From positions 6,011 to 70,010 of the forward strand of contig JABDGY010000002.1 of the NCBI GenBank assembly GCA_013285805.1: DNA of 64,000 bases. Reading direction: 5' to 3'. The position numbers and the translations under genes were made by a program. Shown here one piece after another: positions 20,412 to 31,665 of this stretch. Position 1 is the stretch's first letter. Each line of letters begins with the position of its first letter. Below the pieces are notes generated by a model. It ran no database searches, was not told the origin of the DNA, and saw only the letters and a list, made by a program, of their open reading frames with translations. Source of the stretch: Bacteroidota bacterium. GTDB lineage: Bacteria; Bacteroidota; Bacteroidia; JABEUT01.

Positions 20412-22391
20412 TTACCTTACTAATCCGACATTACCTTTCTTCTGCACCTTAGTGCCATCATCAAGGGTAGCTTCAACATAATAACCATATACACCCACGT
20501 TCATAGCCTGACCATTGTACCTGCCATCCCAGCCTATATTCCGGTTATTCGATTCAAATACTTTATTACCCCATCTGTCATATACTATAAAATCAAGTTC
20601 TTTGATGCAATTACCTCTTACATATAGAATATCGTTATGTCCATCACCATCAGGTGAGAAAGCGCCGGGAACAAATACTTCGCCGCAAATGTCTTCTACA
20701 TGTATTGTTACCGTATCGTCAGTTTTACACCCATTGCTATCAATTACAAATAATGTGTAGGTAGTTGTTGTTGTAGGGCTGGCCACAGGGTCAGGACAGT
20801 TATCGCAACTTAATGATGAAGTCGGTACCCACATATAACTATCTCCTGAAGGCCCGCTTCCGGTTATGGGAGCGCTATTACCAATAAGTATGGTTGTTGC
20901 TCCTGACGCGGTTACTCCGGTAGGGTTAGGGTTAACTATAACCTGTTCACTATCTTTAACTGAGCAGGCTCCGTTGAATACTGTAACTACATAAGTTGTC
21001 GAAGATCCCGGGGTAGCAGCAGGATCAGATATGCTGTCCTGGTTCACGGTGGCAGATGGAGACCAACTGTAACTGCTTCCGCCTGAAGCCGATAACACAG
21101 CATAACCACCCTTGCATATTTTCTGTGTGCCTCCTACTGCGGCTACAGGCATAGTATCCACCTTCACCGCTATATTTGTGGTATCGGTACATCCTATTGA
21201 ATCTTTACCCACCACACTATATGTAGTGGAAGCTGAAGGAGTTCCGGTTGTAACAGAACATGTATTGCAACTTACACCTGTGGAAGGTAACCATGTATAT
21301 GTAGATGCTCCCGTAGCTGAAAGCGAAACGTTACTGCCAATACAAATTTCATTAGGCGAGGAAGTAGCGATAACAGCCGGGCCTGGGCTAACAGTTAGTT
21401 TAACGGTATCGGATGAAGTCATGCCATTACCAATTATACAATAATAGGTATAGCCGCTCATAGAAGTTGTAGCACCTGTTATATTAAGTGTTGGTGTGGT
21501 TGCGCCTGAATATATACCTCCGTTAACCACGTTAACGAATCCGCTGCCGGGGTTAACTTCCCACTGAAAATTCATTCCTATACCTGTATCCACAACAGTA
21601 AGCGAGGTATCGAACAAATTACAGGTAGTAATTGAGTTGGGTTGAACAGTAACCGGTGTAACACCCATTGGGCCGGAATTATCGGCCAATACCCATGAAC
21701 GTAGAAGGTTAGCCGGTGTTATATTACCAGATGATACAGTCTTTAAAACACTGTTATCTGTACCCCAACTGCCATAAAAATCGGCCCAGGTAGCTCCTGT
21801 GGGGTTAAATCGTTGCACAAAAAGGTTCTTTTCGGTTATCGCATTCCCCGGAGCCGTTACTTCACCCATTATATAAGTGAATGTAACATCGGATGTTGGT
21901 TTTGTTGCATAGCTGCCTGCATCTATTATCCAGAACCTGTCCACTGCCTTAGCTGAATTATCAACTACAGTATTTCCATGCATATTAGTTACGCCAGTGG
22001 GCATATACGTTAGGTTATCCCATGTTGGCCCATGATAAGTAGAGAAATTTATAGAACCTGTTGTGTCGCCGGCAGTGGTTACATTCATAGTAACAGGTAT
22101 GTAATTGGTAGTAGAATCACCAAAGGGAACTATATAATTTCCTGCGCTTGAACCTATGTTCCATTTTACCTGGTTAAATTCAGCTTCCGAAATTATCCAC
22201 CCTTGTCCGGGATTTACAATTGCAGTTGCCGAAGGATTATCAATAACAAGCAATGGGCTATTCTCCATAACTATATACGCACTGTCAAACACAATTTGTT
22301 GCTGCGCCTTGGTACATAAAGCAACTAACAGTAGCACAAAAACTGTTACTACTCTAAAGAACAATAATATTATGTGCCTATTTTTTTGCAT
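20412..22391 (-). CDS. T9SS type-B C-terminal domain (gliding-motility-associated CTD) surface protein with Ig-like repeats
   Basis: The C-terminus [19 protein letters not shown]...[12 protein letters not shown]...[19 protein letters not shown]...KGNVGLVR matches the type-B CTD. Upstream are repeated Cys-containing Ig-like modules. It overlaps the giant upstream gene by 14 bp. Confidence 0.85.
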   Translation of the reverse strand: MQKNRHIILLFFRVVTVFVLLLVALCTKAQQQIVFDSAYIVMENSPLLVIDNPSATAIVNPGQGWIISEAEFNQVKWNIGSSAGNYIVPFGDSTTNYIPVTMNVTTAGDTTGSINFSTYHGPTWDNLTYMPTGVTNMHGNTVVDNSAKAVDRFWIIDAGSYATKPTSDVTFTYIMGEVTAPGNAITEKNLFVQRFNPTGATWADFYGSWGTDNSVLKTVSSGNITPANLLRSWVLADNSGPMGVTPVTVQPNSITTCNLFDTSLTVVDTGIGMNFQWEVNPGSGFVNVVNGGIYSGATTPTLNITGATTSMSGYTYYCIIGNGMTSSDTVKLTVSPGPAVIATSSPNEICIGSNVSLSATGASTYTWLPSTGVSCNTCSVTTGTPSASTTYSVVGKDSIGCTDTTNIAVKVDTMPVAAVGGTQKICKGGYAVLSASGGSSYSWSPSATVNQDSISDPAATPGSSTTYVVTVFNGACSVKDSEQVIVNPNPTGVTASGATTILIGNSAPITGSGPSGDSYMWVPTSSLSCDNCPDPVASPTTTTTYTLFVIDSNGCKTDDTVTIHVEDICGEVFVPGAFSPDGDGHNDILYVRGNCIKELDFIVYDRWGNKVFESNNRNIGWDGRYNGQAMNVGVYGYYVEATLDDGTKVQKKGNVGLVR

Positions 22392-25300
22392 TGGCCTGCG
22401 CTTTTATCAACTGCTGAAGCTCGGCTAATTCTTTCTGATACAAGGCCTGTGAATTAAGCATTGCATTCATTTGTGATTGTAACTGGTCTATCTGTTTCTG
22501 CAGTGAAGCGTTTTGATCCTTCAGTTGTTTGTTTTGCTGCTGAACTGCACTAATTGAATCTACCAGGTTCTTTTCGGTAGAATTTAGTTTCCTGTTTAAT
22601 GCTTGTACACCTGCCAATGCAACGCCCGGCGGGTCAATGGTGGAAATGGTCACGCTATCATCACCAACATGGAACATGCGATAGAAATCCTGTGCCATTG
22701 GGCCAATATGCTGAATTTTACCGGTGTCGGTTTTGTAATTCCAGCGTAGAATCGGAAGTGCGTCTATACGCTTAAGAATATCGGCTCCGTCAAGAACAAC
22801 AAAATTTTCCTTTTTATTCCTGTCAGAGGTATATGTCCATGCAGCAGAGCTGTTCGCAAGCTGGGCATATAAGCCTGATGCGGTTTGTATACTTACTGCG
22901 TATCCGGCAACATAAGGTGCACCATTTATACCGGTAAATGTTACACTGGTATTTCCAAGCTCCATCATATTGTTGTTACTTACAACTGCACCGTTACCTA
23001 CTGCTGTAGCATTTGTAAGGGTACCTGAACTGGCTTGTGCCTGGTAACCTAAAAATGTATTGTTAGAGCCACTGGTATTAGCCGTGCCTGCCGTACCAGC
23101 CTGGTAACCTAATGCGGTATTATTTGAGCCTGTGTTACTTAATAACGAGGACCATCCGATAGAAGTATTATTGCTTCCGGCACTATTATTATTCAACGCT
23201 TCATAACCCAAAGCGGTATTTAATGCCCCGGTAGTATTTGCCTGCAATGCTGATGCACCAACACCTGTATTCTGGTTTCCTGAACTATTAACCTGTAATG
23301 CTTCATATCCAACAGCCGTATTCAGGCTAACTGTTGATGTTACTGCCTCTTTCAAGGCAAAGTAACCCACTGCTGTATTATCTGCCCCGGTTGTATTGTT
23401 GAGTAATGCCTGGTAACCCATTGCAGTATTATTGTTACCACTTGAATTGGTTTGCATTGCCTGGTAACCTAACGCCGCGTTACTGGTTCCTGACGTATTT
23501 GATCCCATGGCTTCGAAACCTACGGCTGCATTATTGCTATTAGTATTTAGTTGAAGGGCACCTGAACCAACAGCAACGTTATCGGCGCCGGTTAAATTTA
23601 CATTAAGGGCCTGGTATCCTATACCTACGTTAGCGGCACCTGAAGTATTCTTATTCAATGCAGTGTGACCAATGGCTATATTCTGGCTACCGGTATTAGC
23701 CTGCAACGTCATATTACCGACAGCTATATTATTAGTACCAGACGTTGCATTCTGCATTGCATTTTCACCTACCGCTACGTTTGCAAAAGCCGTAGTATTC
23801 GATTGTAATGCCGAACGGCCTATAGCAGTATTTCCTAAACCACTAGTATTACTTAATAGGGCCCGGCTACCAACTGCCGTGTTATCATAACCACCTCCAC
23901 TATTATTTGTCAGTGCAAGGTTACCAATTGCCGTATTATTCGAGTCGGAAGTAGCATTCTGGTTGAGCAATGCATTAAAACCAACGGCTGTATTGTTCCA
24001 TCCTGTTGTATTTGCGTCAAGAGCCTGGTACCCCAACGCTGTATTATTTGTACCGGTTGAATTACCCTGCAAGGCGTTGTATCCCACAGCAGTCAAGTTG
24101 TTGGCCGTGGTATTAAACAGTGCGTAATAACCTATTCCTGTATTATTATTTCCGGTTGAACTGTTCAAGGCATTAGAACCGACAGCCGTATTTTGATTAC
24201 CGGTGGAGTTAAGGACAAGAGTGTTATTACCGATAGCTGTATTATCGTGCCCGCTTGTGTTTGTCGTGAGTGCCGTATTCCCTATTGCAGTATTACTTGT
24301 AGCAGTAATAGTCCCGCCTGTCTGGAATCCAAAAAAAGTATTGCCGTTAGCATTATCTATTCTGCCTGAAGCTACATTGTCTACTCTGAAATTAAGAGGT
24401 ACGTTATCGGTGGTACCTATAAAGTTTGTTCCATCAACTGTGCCTGCATTGCCTGTCAGCAACCATGCACTGTCTTTAACATATGAGGCACCTGAACCAC
24501 CTGCAACAGTTGTCCATTGCGGAGCAACACCAGGGCCTTTTGAAGTAAGTACCTGACCAGATGTACCAGCCTGGTAAGCTGCAGTATAATAAGGCATTAA
24601 TGCACCAGCGAATTTTACAGCAATAGGCGCCCTGGCCCCAGCACTGTCTCCCAAATAAATTTGATTAGACAATGATTTATTAGATATACCCGCTTCATAT
24701 CCAAGGTAAACGTTGTTTACTCCTATTGTATTATTATAACCAGCACTATCGCCAACAAACGTATTAAAACTACCAGTAGTGTTATCGTTACCTGCACTAT
24801 TACCCAATGCAGTTATTCCTGTACCTGTTGAAGTATTAAAACCTGCATTATAGCCAACATAAGTGCTATACCAGCCTGTACTATTAGTAAAGCCAGACCC
24901 TACACCGACTGAAGTATTATAACTTCCTGTTGTATTATAATAAAGAACATAGGCACCTAAACCCGTATTTTGAATACCGGTAGTATTTGCAAGCATATTA
25001 ATATTCCCAATCGCTGTATTATGATATCCCGTTGTATTAACCGGCAAGGCTAAATACCCGACAGCGGTATTGGAGTACCCAGTAGTATTTGCAGGTAAAG
25101 CATTATAACCAATTCCTGTATTGCTTGAACCGGTAGTATTACTCTTACCATTTTGATATCCATAAAATGTATTATTATTACCTGCATAGTCTATCCACCC
25201 TGACGTTTGTCCATTCACTTTAATTTGCAATGCTTCACCATCGTTAGTTCCAATCCAATTATTTGTTGGGTTAGTACCAGAATTACCTGTCAGCAACCAT

Positions 25301-28300
25301 GCACTATCTTTAACATATGAAGTGGTCAAACTGGTTGTCCATTGGGGTGCCACACCCGGCCCCTTAGAGGTTAATACCTGTCCAGATGTACCAGCCTGGT
25401 AAGCTGCAGTATAATAAGGCATTAATGCACCGTTAAATTCAAATTGGGTAACAGAATTGTTTCCCATAGTCATTGTATTGCTGGTAGAAACAGAAGCATT
25501 ATATCCCACAGCTGTTGCATTATTTAATGCGGCCGATGCTACATTAGCTCCGGAACCGATGGCTGTATTCTGGGTTCCGGAAGTGTTTGTACTTAATGCA
25601 TTATCACCCACTGATACATTATTGCTTCCTGTTGTATTTGCTTTTAATGACTGGTAGCCAACTGCGGTGTTGGGTGTTCCGGTTGTATTCACATTTAAAG
25701 CCTGGTAGCCAACTCCTGTATTATTAGAAGCACTGTTATTATAAAGCGCCTCATATCCTGCAGCGGTATTGTCGGCTCCAGTGGTGTTTGCATTAAGAGC
25801 ACCCTGACCGAATGCAGAATTATCACTTCCTGAAGTATTCGCAAAAAGCGAAACCATGCCGTTGGCAGTATTGTTTATACCCGTGGTATTTGAATTACCC
25901 GATTCGTATCCGAAGAAAGTATTTGCAAGGGTATTATCTATTCTACCTGATTTCTGGTTGTTAACTCTAATGTTGAAAGGAACATTATTTGTAGTACCAA
26001 TAAAATTAGTCCCGTCAACCGTATTTGAATTACCTAATAATAACCATGCACTGTCTTTTATATCACCAGGGCCAGTAGGACCAGTAGCTCCATTTGTTCC
26101 TGCTGTGCCGGTTGAGCCTGTAACTCCAGTTGCGCCCGTTGCGCCATTTGTTCCTGCTGTGCCGGTTGAACCTGTTGCGCCTGTGGCACCCGTTGCCCCG
26201 TTAGTACCCGCTGTGCCGGTTGAACCTGTTGCGCCAGTGGCGCCTGCTGTTCCGGTTGAACCTGTTACACCAGTTGCGCCTGTGGCTCCATTACTACCTG
26301 CTGTGCCAGTTGAACCCGTAACACCTGTTGCTCCTGTGGCTCCATTACTACCTGCTGTGCCAGTTGAACCCGTAACACCTGTTGCTCCTGTAGCCCCTGT
26401 AGTTCCATTAGTTCCTGCTGTGCCGGTTGCGCCCGTTACGCCAGTGGCACCCGTTGCTCCATTACTACCTGCTGTGCCAGTTGAACCCGTAACACCTGTT
26501 GCTCCGGTGGCTCCATTTGTTCCCGCTGTGCCTGTTGAGCCTGTGGCTCCTGTAGCACCGGTTGCTCCGTTTGTTCCTGCTGTGCCTGTTGAGCCTGTTA
26601 CGCCTGTGGCTCCTGTAGCTCCATTAGTACCTGCTGTGCCCGTTGAGCCTGTGGCTCCTGTAGCACCGGTTGCTCCATTTGTTCCTGCTGTGCCTGTTGA
26701 GCCTGTTGCACCAGTTGCTCCTGTTGTTCCTATTCCGGTTGGACCGGTTGTTCCATCTGCTCCCGTGGGGCCCGTTACTCCATTAGTACCTGCAACACCT
26801 GTTGAGCCTGTTGCACCGGTTGCTCCTGTTGTTCCTATTCCGGTTGGACCCGTTATTCCATCGGCTCCTGTAGGGCCAGTTACTCCATTCGTTCCCGCTA
26901 CGCCTGTTGCACCGGTTGCGCCAGTAGCTCCTGTTGTTCCTATTCCGGTTGGACCGGTTGTTCCATCAGCTCCCGTGGGGCCCGTTACTCCATTAGTACC
27001 TGCAACACCTGTTGAGCCTGTTGCACCGGTTGCTCCTGTTGTTCCTATTCCGGTTGGACCGGTTGTTCCATCAGCTCCCGTGGGGCCTGTTACTCCATTG
27101 GTTCCTGCTATGCCTGTTGCTCCGGTAGCTCCTGTTGTTCCTATTCCGGTTGGACCGGTTGTTCCATTAGCACCTGTGGGGCCCGTTACTCCATCAGTAC
27201 CTGCAACACCTGTTGAGCCTGTTGCGCCAGTAGCTCCTGTTGTTCCTATTCCGGTTGGACCGGTTGTTCCATCTGCTCCCGTAGGGCCTGTTACTCCATT
27301 AGTACCCGCTACACCTGTTGCTCCTGTTGCACCGGTTACTCCATTTGCCCCGGCAGTTCCAGTTGCACCGGTGGCGCCAACCGCATAACCTGCATTTATT
27401 GTTGTTGAATTAGATAAACCTATATATAATGAATCATTAGTAATAGTAGCAGAAATTACATACAAGCCCGTTGCTCCTGTTACGCCGTTAGTACCTGCAA
27501 TACCTGTTGCTCCTGTAGCTCCATTTGTTCCAGCAGTTCCCGTTGGACCGGTCACTCCGTCAGCTCCTGTGGGGCCTGTTACTCCATTAGTACCCACTAC
27601 ACCTGTTGCTCCTGTTGTACCGGTTACTCCATTTGCCCCGGCAGTTCCAGTTGCACCGGTGGCGCCAACCGCATAACCTGCATTTATTGTTGTTGAATTA
27701 GATAAACCTATATATAATGAATCATTAGTAATAGTAGCAGAAATTACATACAAGCCCGTTGCTCCTGTTACGCCGTTAGTACCTGCAATACCTGTTGCTC
27801 CTGTAGCTCCATTTGTTCCAGCAGTTCCCGTTGGACCGGTCACTCCGTCAGCTCCTGTGGGGCCAGTTACTCCATTAGTTCCCGCAACACCTGTTGCACC
27901 AGTCGCACCCGTTGTTCCTATTCCAGTTGGACCTGTTATTCCATCAACACCTGTGGGGCCGGTTACTCCATTTGTTCCGGCAATGCCAGTTGCACCAGTC
28001 GGGCCGGTTGCTCCAGTCGTTCCTATTCCTGTCGGACCCGTTATTCCATCAGCTCCCGTAGGGCCGGTTGCTCCATTAGAGCCAGCTACTCCGGTTGCAC
28101 CAGTCGCTCCGGTAGGGCCTATAACATAACCCACATTAATTTGCGTACCGTTGGAAAACGATATATATAAGGAATCACTTATAACACTAACACCAGTTAT
28201 ACTTATACCAGTTGGGCCTGTAACTCCTGTAGTTCCTGCAATACCTGTGGTTCCCATAGCACCTGTTGCTCCGGTTGGGCCTGCAGGACCTGCAGTAGTG

Positions 28301-28872
28301 TCAGCCGGACCTGTTACTCCGGTTGCACCTATAGCACCTGTTGTGCCGGTAGCTCCATTTATACCGGCAACCCCGGTAGCACCCGTAGCACCTGTGGGGC
28401 CTAGAACGTAACCTGCATTCAATATTGTACCATTAGTCAGGGAAATAAACAGCGAATCGCTGGCTACTGACATGCTCGCTATACCTACACCTGTCGGGCC
28501 TGTTGGACCAGTAGCGCCCGTCGGACCGGTTGGGCCTGCCGCTCCGATTCCCGTTACAAAAATTGCCCACTCTGCTCCGTCCCAATAATAATATCCGGGT
28601 ACCACATTGAAGGGTATTACACCTGCTGTATTTGTATTGTAAACAATTAAGCCTGTGGCAGGCGCTATTACAGGAGCAGCAACATTGGTAGCCGTAAGCG
28701 CTACCTGGGGAGCAAGAAATCCTAATGTACCGCTGTTACCCGTATTTAAGTCAAGTACGGCCGATGCATTCGGCTTAGCACCCGTTTTATTTATACCTAT
28801 ATTTTGGGCCTGAACTGAGCCAAGAACAAGGAAAAGAAGAGAAAAAAAAAGTAAATTTCTTTTTAAAATCAT
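22378..28872 (-). CDS. giant (2164 aa) secreted collagen-like triple-helix-repeat protein with tail-fiber beta-helix repeats and a C-terminal Peptidase S74-type intramolecular chaperone domain
   Basis: Signal peptide; about 900 aa of Gly-X-Thr triplets ([10 protein letters not shown]...) interrupted by DSLYIxLSNxTxINAGY modules; three modules of DSAWLLxGN...NTAVGYxALxxNTTG 14-15-aa beta-helix-like repeats, each ending [17 protein letters not shown]; and a C-terminal SDRNKKEN...[10 protein letters not shown]...HIGPMAQDF segment plus coiled coil, which matches the endosialidase/tail-fiber chaperone with its Ser-Lys dyad. Confidence 0.85.
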   Translation of the reverse strand: MILKRNLLFFSLLFLVLGSVQAQNIGINKTGAKPNASAVLDLNTGNSGTLGFLAPQVALTATNVAAPVIAPATGLIVYNTNTAGVIPFNVVPGYYYWDGAEWAIFVTGIGAAGPTGPTGATGPTGPTGVGIASMSVASDSLFISLTNGTILNAGYVLGPTGATGATGVAGINGATGTTGAIGATGVTGPADTTAGPAGPTGATGAMGTTGIAGTTGVTGPTGISITGVSVISDSLYISFSNGTQINVGYVIGPTGATGATGVAGSNGATGPTGADGITGPTGIGTTGATGPTGATGIAGTNGVTGPTGVDGITGPTGIGTTGATGATGVAGTNGVTGPTGADGVTGPTGTAGTNGATGATGIAGTNGVTGATGLYVISATITNDSLYIGLSNSTTINAGYAVGATGATGTAGANGVTGTTGATGVVGTNGVTGPTGADGVTGPTGTAGTNGATGATGIAGTNGVTGATGLYVISATITNDSLYIGLSNSTTINAGYAVGATGATGTAGANGVTGATGATGVAGTNGVTGPTGADGTTGPTGIGTTGATGATGSTGVAGTDGVTGPTGANGTTGPTGIGTTGATGATGIAGTNGVTGPTGADGTTGPTGIGTTGATGATGSTGVAGTNGVTGPTGADGTTGPTGIGTTGATGATGATGVAGTNGVTGPTGADGITGPTGIGTTGATGATGSTGVAGTNGVTGPTGADGTTGPTGIGTTGATGATGSTGTAGTNGATGATGATGSTGTAGTNGATGATGVTGSTGTAGTNGATGATGATGSTGTAGTNGATGATGVTGSTGTAGSNGATGATGVTGATGTAGTNGTTGATGATGVTGSTGTAGSNGATGATGVTGSTGTAGSNGATGATGVTGSTGTAGATGATGSTGTAGTNGATGATGATGSTGTAGTNGATGATGVTGSTGTAGTNGATGPTGPGDIKDSAWLLLGNSNTVDGTNFIGTTNNVPFNIRVNNQKSGRIDNTLANTFFGYESGNSNTTGINNTANGMVSLFANTSGSDNSAFGQGALNANTTGADNTAAGYEALYNNSASNNTGVGYQALNVNTTGTPNTAVGYQSLKANTTGSNNVSVGDNALSTNTSGTQNTAIGSGANVASAALNNATAVGYNASVSTSNTMTMGNNSVTQFEFNGALMPYYTAAYQAGTSGQVLTSKGPGVAPQWTTSLTTSYVKDSAWLLTGNSGTNPTNNWIGTNDGEALQIKVNGQTSGWIDYAGNNNTFYGYQNGKSNTTGSSNTGIGYNALPANTTGYSNTAVGYLALPVNTTGYHNTAIGNINMLANTTGIQNTGLGAYVLYYNTTGSYNTSVGVGSGFTNSTGWYSTYVGYNAGFNTSTGTGITALGNSAGNDNTTGSFNTFVGDSAGYNNTIGVNNVYLGYEAGISNKSLSNQIYLGDSAGARAPIAVKFAGALMPYYTAAYQAGTSGQVLTSKGPGVAPQWTTVAGGSGASYVKDSAWLLTGNAGTVDGTNFIGTTDNVPLNFRVDNVASGRIDNANGNTFFGFQTGGTITATSNTAIGNTALTTNTSGHDNTAIGNNTLVLNSTGNQNTAVGSNALNSSTGNNNTGIGYYALFNTTANNLTAVGYNALQGNSTGTNNTALGYQALDANTTGWNNTAVGFNALLNQNATSDSNNTAIGNLALTNNSGGGYDNTAVGSRALLSNTSGLGNTAIGRSALQSNTTAFANVAVGENAMQNATSGTNNIAVGNMTLQANTGSQNIAIGHTALNKNTSGAANVGIGYQALNVNLTGADNVAVGSGALQLNTNSNNAAVGFEAMGSNTSGTSNAALGYQAMQTNSSGNNNTAMGYQALLNNTTGADNTAVGYFALKEAVTSTVSLNTAVGYEALQVNSSGNQNTGVGASALQANTTGALNTALGYEALNNNSAGSNNTSIGWSSLLSNTGSNNTALGYQAGTAGTANTSGSNNTFLGYQAQASSGTLTNATAVGNGAVVSNNNMMELGNTSVTFTGINGAPYVAGYAVSIQTASGLYAQLANSSAAWTYTSDRNKKENFVVLDGADILKRIDALPILRWNYKTDTGKIQHIGPMAQDFYRMFHVGDDSVTISTIDPPGVALAGVQALNRKLNSTEKNLVDSISAVQQQNKQLKDQNASLQKQIDQLQSQMNAMLNSQALYQKELAELQQLIKAQANAKK
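25850..28560 (-). repeat. collagen-like (GXT)n coding repeat region with nested tandem DNA repeats (periods 54 bp, about 108 bp, 288 bp)
   Basis: Near-identical DNA units are visible, including an exact 288-bp tandem duplication (27361-27648 and 27649-27936). The antisense frame yields the artefactual PVAPV ORFs. Confidence 0.85.
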
Positions 28873-29104
28873 TTATACTATTGTTGATCCCCTTTAATCT
28901 ATTCTGCAATGTTTTTCAAGAAAAAACATTAAAAACTCTTATTACTGTCAACAATTACAAGGTGTTGAGACCTCATGAATGTGCTCATTTTCACTTATTT
29001 TACTTGGGGTAATTACAAGGCGCAAGTATAGATTTTACCCCTTTATTTAATGTTATGTGAGTATTAACTTTCAGAGCTTGAATATGAACCAAGTATTATC
29101 AAAA

Positions 29105-29122
29105 TCTGTAGGACTTCTGTAG
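29105..29122. promoter_or_regulatory. conserved intergenic motif TCTGTAGGACTTCTGTAG (copy 1 of 3), 233 bp upstream of the giant fiber gene and 171 bp upstream of dcp
   Basis: Direct heptamer repeat TCTGTAG-N4-TCTGTAG. Near-identical copies lie at 47167-47184 and 56197-56215. Confidence 0.4.
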
Positions 29123-29292
29123 TAATTACGAATTCCATTCATACACTTCATAGAAACAAGCTTATAACCACTTCACAATTTCACCCAACTATTTACATAT
29201 CATTAAGTTATACCTTTCTATTTACAAAATAGCAATTCTCTTGATTTTTGTACCTTTGCGGCCCAAAATACATGGGTAATAAAATTATATTT

Positions 29293-31449
29293 ATGAAAAA
29301 GGTCTATATTTCATTTTTAGCTTTAATAATAATGGTAACTTCCTGCAACAATAACTCGAAACAAAAAGATAGTGCCTCCACTGGTCTTTCACCCGATAAT
29401 CCTTTTGCCAAAGCCAGTACCCTACCCTTTGAGGCACCAGACTTTAGCAAGATAAAAGACAGTAATTTCAAACCCGCGTTAGAAGCAGGAATTAAGGAAC
29501 AGCTTGATGAAATGAATAGGATAGCTGAGAACCCAGATGCACCTACCTTTGAAAATACAATGGTTGCTATGGAGAAAACAGGGCAACTGCTGCATAGGGT
29601 TAATAATGTTTTCAATCTGCTAAGCGGGGCCAACACTGACCCTGAACTGCAAAAACTATCGGAGGAAATTGCACCGGAATTGGCGGCAGAAAATGATGCC
29701 ATTTATCTTAACGATAAACTATTCAAAAGAGTTGAAGCTATTTATAATCAGAAAGCCCAACTGAAACTTGACCCTGAATCGGACAGACTGGTAGAATTCT
29801 ATTACCAGAAATTTGTGCTTTCGGGCGCCAAATTGCCTGATAAAGCCAAAGACAGTTTAAAAAAACTTAATAAAGAAGAAGCGATGCTTGGCGCCAAGTT
29901 TACAAACCAGTTACTGGCCGCTGCTAAATCAGGGGCACTGGTGGTTGATAGTAAAGACGCATTGGCCGGACTTTCTGATGGAGAAATAGATGCTGCCGCT
30001 TTGGCAGCAAAAAATGCTAACCAGGAAGGTAAATGGCTAATCCCTATACGAAATACTACGCAGCAACCCGCGTTACAGTCGTTGAACGTAAGGGCTACCC
30101 GCCAGAAATTATTTGAAGCCTCATGGAATCGCGCTGAAAAAGGAGATTCGAATGATACGCGCCCTACTATTTTACGGATTGCCGCTATTCGCGCGCAAAA
30201 AGCTAAACTTCTTGGATTCCCCAACTATGCTGCGTGGAAGTTAATGGACCAGATGGCAAAAAAACCTGAAGCAGTTGAAAAATTTATAAGCGACCTGGTG
30301 CCTGCTGTAACCGCAAAGGCTAAAATAGAAGCGTCCGACATACAAAAAGTTATAGACCAGCAAAACAAAGGCAATGATAAATTCAAGCTGCAGCCATGTG
30401 ACTGGAATTACTATGCGGAACAGGTTCGCAAAGCAAGGTTCGACCTTGATGAGAGCGAGGTAAAACCTTACTTTGAAATAAATAATGTACTTCAGAATGG
30501 TATTTTTTATGCAGCAAATAAGCTTTACGGGCTTACTTTTAAAGAACGCAAAGACCTTCCGGTATATGATAAGGATGTAAGAGTTTTTGAGGTTTTCGAT
30601 AAGGATGGAACTTCAATGGCATTATTCTACTGCGACTATTTCAAGCGCGATAATAAGAATGGCGGCGCATGGATGGATATAATGATGGGGCAATCGAAAT
30701 TACTTGGCACAAAACCTGTGGTATACAACATTTGCAATTTCACAAAACCTGCCGATGGGCAACCTGCATTAATCAGTTTCGATGACGTAACTACTATGTT
30801 CCATGAATTTGGCCATGCCCTCCATGGAATGTTTGCCGCTGAGCAATACCTTAGTCTTTCAGGCACTGCCACCGCTCGCGATTTTGTTGAATTCCCTTCA
30901 CAGTTTAATGAACATTGGGCATCGGACACAGCGGTATTCCGTAATTACGCAAAACATTATAAAACGGGTGAACCTATGCCCCAGGCCCTTGTAGATAAAA
31001 TAAAGAAAGCAGCTACTTTCAACCAGGGCTACAGCCTTATGGAAATAATTGCTGCTGCCGACCTTGATATGCAATGGCACGAAATATCGGCAGACAGTAA
31101 TGTAACTGACGTTGACAAGTTTGAATCGGCAGCGCTTGCCAAAACGCATCTTAATATGCATGAAGTGCCTACGCGCTACCGTTCCAGTTATTTCCTGCAT
31201 ATATGGAGTAATGGTTATGCAGCAGGCTATTATGCCTATTCATGGACTGAAATGCTTGCCGATGATGCGTTTAGCTGGTTTGAAGAGCATGGAGGCCTAA
31301 CACGTGAAAACGGACAGCGTTTCCGCGATATGATTCTTTCCAGGGGTAACACAGAAGACCTTGCAACTATGTACCGCAATTTCCGTGGCAGAGCCCCTGA
31401 AATTACCTCAATGGCAAAGAAGCGTGGCCTTACTGAAGGTAAAAACTAA
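29293..31449 (+). CDS. dcp: M3-family peptidyl-dipeptidase (Dcp-like) lipoprotein
   Basis: HEFGHALHG zinc motif and M3 family length and organisation. A lipoprotein signal (MKKVYISFLALIIMVTSC) puts the start at 29293 rather than the ORF-track start at 29248. Confidence 0.85.
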   Translation: MKKVYISFLALIIMVTSCNNNSKQKDSASTGLSPDNPFAKASTLPFEAPDFSKIKDSNFKPALEAGIKEQLDEMNRIAENPDAPTFENTMVAMEKTGQLLHRVNNVFNLLSGANTDPELQKLSEEIAPELAAENDAIYLNDKLFKRVEAIYNQKAQLKLDPESDRLVEFYYQKFVLSGAKLPDKAKDSLKKLNKEEAMLGAKFTNQLLAAAKSGALVVDSKDALAGLSDGEIDAAALAAKNANQEGKWLIPIRNTTQQPALQSLNVRATRQKLFEASWNRAEKGDSNDTRPTILRIAAIRAQKAKLLGFPNYAAWKLMDQMAKKPEAVEKFISDLVPAVTAKAKIEASDIQKVIDQQNKGNDKFKLQPCDWNYYAEQVRKARFDLDESEVKPYFEINNVLQNGIFYAANKLYGLTFKERKDLPVYDKDVRVFEVFDKDGTSMALFYCDYFKRDNKNGGAWMDIMMGQSKLLGTKPVVYNICNFTKPADGQPALISFDDVTTMFHEFGHALHGMFAAEQYLSLSGTATARDFVEFPSQFNEHWASDTAVFRNYAKHYKTGEPMPQALVDKIKKAATFNQGYSLMEIIAAADLDMQWHEISADSNVTDVDKFESAALAKTHLNMHEVPTRYRSSYFLHIWSNGYAAGYYAYSWTEMLADDAFSWFEEHGGLTRENGQRFRDMILSRGNTEDLATMYRNFRGRAPEITSMAKKRGLTEGKN

Positions 31450-31665
31450 TCTTAAGAACACGTTTATTTTTCCCTTATAGGGGAAATAAAGTGCAATTAA
31501 TTCTGTTCATGGTCGTCTAATCTTTTACACGATTGATTTAATGTACTTTAACTGAATACATAACCAGCATATATATCATAAACTTTACGGCTTAGAAAGA
31601 AAACAAATATTATTGTCCGAATCGAAAGATGTTATTACTTTTGCTTCGTTCCATCACAAAAGAAA

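Noticed and set aside
25856-28411. Plus-strand ORFs (510, 90 and 86 aa) full of PVAPV/PVGPV repeats
   Set aside because: These are antisense read-through of the minus-strand collagen-like GXT repeats. GGN/ACN codons read as NCC/NGT on the other strand. There is no independent start context, and the whole region is covered by the 2164-aa gene.
25850-28560. Possible CRISPR array or non-coding tandem repeat
   Set aside because: The repeats are in-frame with periods of 54, 108 and 288 bp. They encode collagen-like triplets inside a long ORF and have no repeat-spacer structure with unique spacers.
22378-28872. Prophage or contractile-injection-system remnant, suggested by the tail-fibre and S74 chaperone domains
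   Set aside because: No capsid, sheath, tube, baseplate, integrase or terminase genes are anywhere in the window. Tail-fiber-domain proteins with Sec signals are common chromosomal surface proteins in Bacteroidota.
29248-29292. Upstream extension (MYLCGPKYMGNKIIF) of the dcp ORF
   Set aside because: A canonical lipoprotein signal starts at the Met at 29293, and the extension would push the signal peptide to an internal position.
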